DNA of 64,000 bases. Source: Eledone cirrhosa (taxonomy: Eukaryota). Position numbers and translations under genes: made by a program. Below, piece by piece: positions 56,524 through 64,000 of this stretch. A model generated the notes under the pieces. That model was not told the DNA's origin. It saw only the letters and a list, made by a program, of their open reading frames with translations, and did not search any database. Location: positions 15,676 through 79,675 of the forward strand of contig CAXHJY010000267.1 in the NCBI GenBank assembly GCA_964016885.1. Reading direction: 5' to 3'. The stretch's first letter is position 1. Each line of letters begins with the position of its first letter.

Positions 56524-58264
56524 TGTATGTATATATCTATACATATATGTATATATATATATATACATACATATATATATACACATATGTATATATATAT
56601 ATATACATATATACATACATATATGTATATATATATATATACATATGTATGTATATATATATATATATATACATATATGTATATATATATATATATACAT
56701 ACATACATATATATACATATGTATATATATATACATATATATATACATATATGTATATATATATATATACATATATATATATACATATATACATACATAT
56801 ATGTATATATATATACATATATACATACATATATGTATATATATATACACATATACATACATATATGTATATATATACACATATACATACATATATGTAT
56901 ATATATATACACATATATATATACATATATACATACATATATACATACATATATGTATATATATATACACATATATATACATATATACATATATATATAT
57001 AGATACATATATGTATATATATATACATACATATATGTATATATATATACATACATATATGTATATATATATACTTACATATATGTATATATATATACAC
57101 ATACATATATACATATATAAATACACATACATATATACATATATAAATACATACATATATGTATATATACATATATGTATATATATATACACATATATGT
57201 ATATATATATACACATATACATACATATATACATATATAAATACATACATATATGTATATATATATACATACATATATGTATATATATATACATACATAT
57301 ATGTATATATATATACACATATACATACATATATACATATATAAATACATACATATATGTATATATATATACATACATATATGTATATATATATACATAC
57401 ATATATGTATATATATATACACATATACATACATATATACATATATAAATACATATATATATATATTTCAAATGAACTAGAATTAAACTGAAAAATAAAT
57501 TCGAAATTTTTATACTAAAATTAAATTAAATTAATATATATATATTATATATATTATATATATTATATATATATATATATATATATCAGGGAAAAAAAGG
57601 GAAAATAACAAAAACAAATTTATGAGAACAGAATAAAATTTTCAAAGAAATAAAAAAGAAATAAAAATAAAAAAACGAAAATGAAATTGTTTTGAAAATT
57701 TTAATTTTTTTTTTTGAAAATTTATTTTTTTAATAATTAATTTTTCTCTAAATTACCTTTAGTTAAAACAGATTTTGTTGTTGTTGTTGTTGGTGGTGTT
57801 ACTGTTGTTTTTGTATATGAGGTTGTTTTCTTTTGTGTGTGTATATATATATATACATATATATATATGGTTAAATAATTGCTATATATTATATATGTAT
57901 GTGTATATGTTTATATGTGTATATATATGTGTGTGTTTATATATGAGTGTTTTTAAATATATAAATATACATTTATATGTATATATTTATACATACATAT
58001 ATATATATATACATATATATTTATATACATATATATTTATATATATATTTTCATATACATATATATTTATATATATATTTTCATATACATATATATTTAT
58101 ATATATATGCATATACATATATATTTATATACATATACATATATATATATATACATATACATATATATACATATACATATATATACATATACATATACAT
58201 ATATATATACATACATATACATATATGTATATTTATATATACATATACATACATTTATATATAC

Positions 58265-58296
<32 letters not shown>

Positions 58297-58748
58297 ATAT
58301 TTATATACATATACATATATATATATTTATATATACATATACATATATTTATATATACATATATATATATTTATATATACATATATTTATATATACATAT
58401 ACATATATTTATATACACATATATATACATTTATATATATATATATATATACATTTATATATATATATATATATACTTTTTTTTTACATTTATATATACA
58501 TATATATATATTTATATATATATACATATACATATATTTATATTTATATATACATATACATATATTTATATTTATATATACATATATATATATATATATA
58601 TACATATATTTATATATATATATACATATATTTATATATATATACATATACATATACATATATTTATATATATAGATATACATGCATACATATATACATA
58701 CATATGTATATATATACACACATTTATATGTATATATTTATACACATA

Positions 58749-58779
<31 letters not shown>

Positions 58780-58870
58780 GTATGTATATCTGTATGTGTG
58801 TATCTGACTATGTTTGTATGCAGATATCTGTACATGTCTCTATTTGTTGCTGTTGTTGTTGTTGTTGTTG
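56490..58870. repeat. (TA)/(TACA)n microsatellite and low-complexity region
   Basis: Low-complexity sequence. Confidence 0.95.
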
Positions 58871-59074
58871 TTTAAGCCCCAGGCCAGATATCAACCTTAT
58901 AACCTTCACAGGCCTTCCAAACCATGACCATCTCATCTGAAATATTTTTCATCTTATTTATTTATTTATATATTTATTTTGCCTAATTTTTTTTTTTTTT
59001 TTTTTTTTTTTTTTGCATTCCGAAAAGCAGATTGTGTAATAATGATGATGATGATGATGATAATAACAATAATA

Positions 59075-60150
59075 ATAATAATTTCTACTATAAGCACAAG
59101 GCCAATTTTAAGGAGAGGGGAAAGTAGATTAAATTTACCCCAGTGCATTACTGGTACTTTATTTTATAGACCTCCTGGACGAAATAATAATTGTTTCCAC
59201 TTTAGCCACAAGGCCAGCAATTACCCCAGTGTATTACTGGTACTTTATTTCATCTACCCTGTAATAATTGTTTCCACTTTAGCCACAAGGCCAGCAATTA
59301 CCCCAGTGTATTACTGGTACTTTATTTCATCTACCCTGTAATAATTGTTTCTACTTTAGGCACAAGGCCAGCAATTACCCCAGTGTATTACTGGTACTTT
59401 ATTTCATCTACCCTGTAATAATTGTTTCTACTTTAGGCACAAGGCCAGCAATTACCCCAGTGTATTACTGGTACTTTATTTTATCTACCCCGTAATAAAT
59501 GTTTCTACTTCAGGCACAAGGCCAGCAATTACCCCAGTGTATTACTGGTACTTTATTTTATCTACCCTGTAATAAATGTTTCTACTTTTGGCACAAGGCC
59601 AACAGATTTGAAAAAGAGAGCGGAAAGTCGATTAAACCGACCCCCAGTGGGTGACTGGTACTTTATTTTATCGACCCCAGTAAGGCTGAAAGGCAAAGTT
59701 AACCTCGGCGGGATTTGAACTCTGAACGCAAAGGGACGCAACTCTATGCTGCAATGCAAAGCATGGTATCTGATGCTCTACCGATTCTGCCAATCCACCG
59801 CCTTTAATGATAATAAATGTTTCTATTTTAGGCACAAGGCCAGCAATTACCCCAGTGTATTACTGGTACTTTATTTTATCAACCCCATAAGGATGAAAGG
59901 TAAAGTTAACCTCGGCGGGATTTGAACTCTGAACGCAAAGGGACGTAACTCTATGCTGCAATGCAAAGCATGGTATCTGGTGCTCTACCGATTCTGCCAA
60001 TCCCCCGCCTTTAATGATAATAATGGTTTCTGGTTTAGACAAATGGCCAACAATATTTGGGAGGGGGAAAGTCGATTAAATGGACCTATATTTTATCAAC
60101 CCCATAAGGATGAAAGGAAAATCTAACCTTAGTGGGATTTGAACTCAGAA
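59075..60150 (-). mobile_element. SINE cluster: tail fragment, ~5 tandem 80-bp tails, two complete SINEs and a partial one
   Basis: Heads GGCGG.GGATTGGCAGAATCGG at ~59780-59802 and ~59988-60010, each with a B-box and the family core. Confidence 0.88.
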
Positions 60151-60167
60151 TATATATATATATATAT

Positions 60168-60295
60168 ATAAAGTTGTAGTTCCTGTCTGTTTGTTTGTTC
60201 ACGAACTCCTCCTATGGTTTTCGAGATAGACCCCCCATAACCATATATATTCTGAAAAATGGGTGAAACGCAGCAAGGTGCGGGTAATTCGGCTA

Positions 60296-60297
<2 letters not shown>
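60168..60297 (+). mobile_element. Very short Helitron-like element
   Basis: TATAAAGTTGTAG..TGTCTGTTTGTTTG 5' end; CGCAGCAAGGTGCG hairpin followed by CTAG/T at 60293-60297. Confidence 0.55.
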
Positions 60298-60338
<41 letters not shown>

Positions 60339-60586
60339 CAGGTACTATTGCAGTAAAAGGATGACAAATGAAACGAAACGAACTAATTTTTTCTTTAACC
60401 AGTATATTTCCACATAATATTTCTATGTTAATACCCCCTTTTCAAATGAAAAACGAAAAATGACGCGTTCTCCTCTAACTGATATTTCCTACATAGGAAA
60501 AGAGGGGTTTTACCCTGAAATATTATAATGAAATATACTGTGTAAAAAAACAACATTATTTTGTCATCCTTTAACCAAATACCCCC
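60339..60586. mobile_element. TIR MITE in (TA)n, Tc1/mariner-like
   Basis: Inverted pairs AAAGGATGACAAA/TTTGTCATCCTTT and CAGTATATTT/AAATATACTG, with TA flanks. Confidence 0.6.
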
Positions 60587-60619
<33 letters not shown>

Positions 60620-60943
60620 CTCTTTGTCTCTCTCTCTCTTTAATCATCTCTCATTTGTCTTTCGAGGCAACTACTAACTATATTATCCCATCAGCTGTCT
60701 CTTCCTCTATGCTTTCCTTTCTTTCCTCTTTCTTCAGTAGTTTAAAAAAATTTTTTTAACTGTTATATTGATGCCATGTATTTTTTCAAGCTGTATTACA
60801 TGCACCCTCTCTATTGTATGTTCTATATATTTTTCTCATGTTCTCAATATTAGGGTATAAATATTGAGTTTTTGTCATATATTACTCACTACCATGACTG
60901 AATCTTAACCATCTACTATATCAGGGTATGCCATGCATCATCT

Positions 60944-61010
60944 TATTTTATCTGATGAGGACGTACTGTTGAAGATAACTCAGTACCTCTGAAATATGTA
61001 TAATAAAATA
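60944..61010 (+). ncRNA. Type I hammerhead ribozyme motif (canonical core)
   Basis: TATTTTAT-CTGATGA-GGACGTACTG-loop-CAGTACCTCT-GAA-ATA-TG-TAT-A|ATAAAATA: 8-bp helix I and helix II with 9 of 10 pairs. Confidence 0.75.
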
Positions 61011-61050
61011 TACTTGATCACAAGAATATCTATTTTGTTAATATTTTGAA

Positions 61051-61086
<36 letters not shown>

Positions 61087-61182
61087 AAGTATTTCTGTAG
61101 AAAAGGTAAAGGGAATGGAAAGAAGAGTGCTCTATGTATAGTAAAGAGCTATTTAATTACATAATAAACAACATAATATAAT

Positions 61183-61240
61183 TATTCCATTACCAAAGGT
61201 TTCAGGAATCAAATATCTGGCCCATTCATCAGATGAAATA
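61183..61240 (-). ncRNA. Type I hammerhead ribozyme motif (canonical core)
   Basis: Minus strand TATTTCAT-CTGATGA-(imperfect helix II)-GAA-ACC-TTT-GGT-A|ATGGAATA. Confidence 0.65.
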
Positions 61241-61325
61241 GTTAAATAATGTTTCTGTAAAGATCGTCTAGTTTCATGAAATGTTTGGTAATTAAATAAT
61301 TATATTGTGTTGTTTATTATGTAAT

Positions 61326-61374
<49 letters not shown>

Positions 61375-61378
<4 letters not shown>

Positions 61379-62133
61379 GTTTCTACTTTAGGCACAAGGC
61401 CAGCAATTACTCCAGTGCATTACTGGTACTTTATTTTATCGACCCCGTAAGGATGAAAGGCAAAGTCAACCTCTGCGGGATTTGAACTCAGATCGTAAAG
61501 GGACGTAACTCTATGCTGGAAAGCATGGCGTCCGACCCTCTACCGATACTGCCAATCCAAAATAATTGTTTCTACTTTAGGCACAAGGCCAGCAATTACC
61601 CCAGTGCATTACTGGTACTTTATTTTATCGACCCCGTAAGGATGAAAGGCAAAGTCAACCTCTGCGGGATTTGAACTCAGATCGTAAAGGGACGTAACTC
61701 TATGCTGGAAAGCATGGCGTCCGACCCTCTACCGATACTGCCAATCCAAAATAATTGTTTCTACTTTAGGCACCAGGCCAGCAATTACCCCAGTGCATTA
61801 CTGGTACTTTATTTTATCGACCCCGTAAGGATGAAAGGCAAAGTCAACCTCTGCGGGATTTGAACTCAGATCGTAAAGGGACGTAACTCTATGCTGGAAA
61901 GCATGGCGTCCGACCCTCTACCGATACTGCCAATCCAAAATAATTGTTTCTACTTTAGGCACCAGGCCAGCAATTACCCCAGTGCATTACTGGTACTTTA
62001 TTTTATCGACCCCGTAAGGATGAAAGGCAAAGTCAACCTCTGCGGGATTTGAACTCAGATCGTAAAGGGACGTAACTCTATGCTGGAAAGCATGGGGTCC
62101 AACCCTCCACCGATACTGCCAATCCACCACCCT
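61375..62133 (-). mobile_element. Four near-identical head-to-tail SINE copies (189-bp period)
   Basis: AATTGTTTCTAC at 61375, 61564, 61753 and 61942; each copy retains A- and B-box. Confidence 0.95.
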
Positions 62134-62164
<31 letters not shown>

Positions 62165-62170
<6 letters not shown>

Positions 62171-62390
62171 GAAAGTGAACAACACAAAATATAACTACTC
62201 CATTACCAAACGTTTTAGGATCCCAGACAATATTAATATATGTCTGGATCGTTCATCAGACGTACATTATTATTGTCTGGGATCCAGAAACCTTTGGCGA
62301 TGGAGTAGTTATATTTTGTGTTGTTTACTTTCTAATTAAATAGCTCTGTTTTACACATAGAGCACTCTTTTTTCCTCCGCTTTTTCTTTA
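62165..62390. mobile_element. Penelope-like remnant with a ~70-bp inverted repeat and a degenerate hammerhead
   Basis: Arms at 62165-62232 and 62270-62338. Minus strand reads CTGATGA...GATCCAGACA/TGTCTGGGATC..AAAAC..GGTA. Same family as 61115-61330. Confidence 0.55.
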
Positions 62391-62402
62391 GAATTACCTA
62401 AC

Positions 62403-62434
<32 letters not shown>

Positions 62435-62435
62435 T

Positions 62436-62564
62436 TTTATTTTATAGAAGGAGCTTCTACAGGACTAGTACTGTTTCATTCAGATGAAATCTTCAGGAGC
62501 TTCCTGAAGATTTCATCTGAATGAAACAGTACTAGTCCTGTAGAAGCTCCTTCTATAAAATAAA
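62436..62564. repeat. Perfect 63-bp-arm palindrome (3-nt loop) containing a hammerhead-like core
   Basis: Left arm 62436-62498, loop GCT, right arm 62502-62564. Contains CTGAAGA-T-TTCA-TC-TGAA-T-GAAAC-AGTACTA-GTC. Confidence 0.9.
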
Positions 62565-63169
62565 CATTTTTTACTCTGCCATGTATTGAGTACCTTACTT
62601 ACTGTGGTTATCCCCGACTCAACCCGGGACCTACGTATATATATATATATATATATATTCTCAACCTGATTAGTTCTATCGTTGCTTTGGTATATTATTG
62701 TGTGTTAGTTTCGCCTACCACAATGTTCGATTTGTCAAGCTATTTAAACGTATACTATTACTCTAAGGCCCTATCTTATTGAGTGCTTTGCTAACTCATC
62801 ATTTCATATAAGTAGGCCGAATTTACTTGCAAACCGCCAGAGATTCGATTTTACTGATTTCCAATTATATATATATATATATATAGGTATATATAGGTAT
62901 ATATTACCACAGCAGAGGTCCAATGAGCTTTTGATTCCAGAGTCGGGCCAGATCAATACTGATTGGATGTGGAGCTGATCAATAGCGAAATGCACGTCAC
63001 TACTCAGTAAACATAATGAAGGCATAACAATTCGTCCTTTTAATATTATATTTACACTCTGTTTAGTTCTACACCTCGTTTCAGACGGGAAACTAATCAT
63101 TAAGTGCTCACCTAGGTCAACCTACAGTAACAGCATGTTACACTCCCTGGATATATATATATATATATA

Positions 63170-63800
63170 CTGAGGATGAAGAACTCAGAGCTGTACGGGA
63201 GCCTCCCAAAAGTCAGCTCGAGAGTAGCCCAGAGAAGACTGAGGTTAGCTGGACATGCTCACCGACATCCAGAGTTGACATTGCCCTCAGTGCTCCTGTG
63301 GGAGCCCCTACACAGACACACTAGGTTAGCTGGACATGTTCACTGACATCCAGAGTTGACATTGCACTCAGTGCTCCTGTGGGAGCCCCTACACGGACAT
63401 ACTAGGTTAGCTGGACATGCTCACCGACATCCAGAGTTGACATTGCACTCAGTGCTCCTGTGAGAGCCCCTACACGGACATACTAGGTTAGCTGGACATG
63501 TTCACTGACATCCAGAGTTGACACTGCACTCAGTGCTCCTGTGGGAGCCTCTACACGGACACACTAGGTTAGCTGGACATGCTCACCGACATCCAGAGTT
63601 GACATTGCACTCAGTGCTCCTGTGGGAGCCCCTACATGGACACACTGGAAGGGGAAGACCAAGGTTAACGTATGTTGATGCCCTAAGGACAGACACTGGT
63701 CTGTTGGAGACGCAGGACATGGCAGCGATAATGGGGGACAGAGACTGCTGGAGAGAACTCGGGAATTTTACCCGCCTTAGGGACATGACCAGCAATTTGA
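63170..63800 (+). mobile_element. RTE-clade LINE 3' remnant with an in-frame 81-bp x5 tandem
   Basis: MKNSELYGSLPKVSSRVAQRRL[RLAGHAHRHPELTLHSVLLWEPLHGHT]x5GRGRPRLTYVDALRTDTG...GDRDCWR. Units start at 63242, 63323, 63404, 63485 and 63566. Confidence 0.88.
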
Positions 63801-63871
63801 AGGGATACGGGGGGGGGGGGCGCAGTCCAGTGAATCAACCCCAATGTGTAACTAGTACTTAATATAATATA

Positions 63872-64000
63872 ATATAGGCACAAGGCCGGCAATTTGGAGG
63901 AAGGAGATAGTTGATAGTTGGTACTCTATTTATTGACCCTGTAAGGACGAACAGCAAAGCTAACCTCGGCGGGATATGAACTCAGAACGTAAAGGGCCGT
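63872..64000 (-). mobile_element. tRNA-derived SINE, running off the window end
   Basis: GGCACAAGGCC...GTAAGGACGAACAGCAAAGCTAACCTCGGCGGGATATGAACTC. Confidence 0.75.

Overview
Eukaryotic, repeat-saturated window with no recognisable host protein-coding gene. The SINE and MITE families and the abundant (TA)n tracts suggest a cephalopod (octopus-like) genome; this is an inference. Contents: (i) a 22-kb block of three abutting satellites (72/60-, 62- and 44-bp units) plus 40-, 32-, 16-, 48-, 41- and 65-bp arrays; (ii) one nearly complete CR1/L2-group LINE on the minus strand (partial ORF1; APE+RT ORF2 with one nonsense codon), whose AUG-less ORF2 is reached from ORF1 by a -1 shift at G_GGA_AAC; (iii) several RTE-type LINE 3' remnants, three of which have tandemly amplified the same homologous RWxGHV...RGRP segment; (iv) many tRNA-derived SINEs, some in tandem; (v) Helitron-like and TIR MITEs; (vi) a dispersed set of hammerhead-ribozyme-like motifs of the Penelope-like-element type, in short, often palindromic inserts inside (TA)n tracts, one of which has seeded a palindromic satellite; (vii) a possible NRF1/YY1 promoter and first exon. 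Nearly all ORFs in the track are artefacts of repeats. Coordinates were counted by eye and may be off by a few bases.
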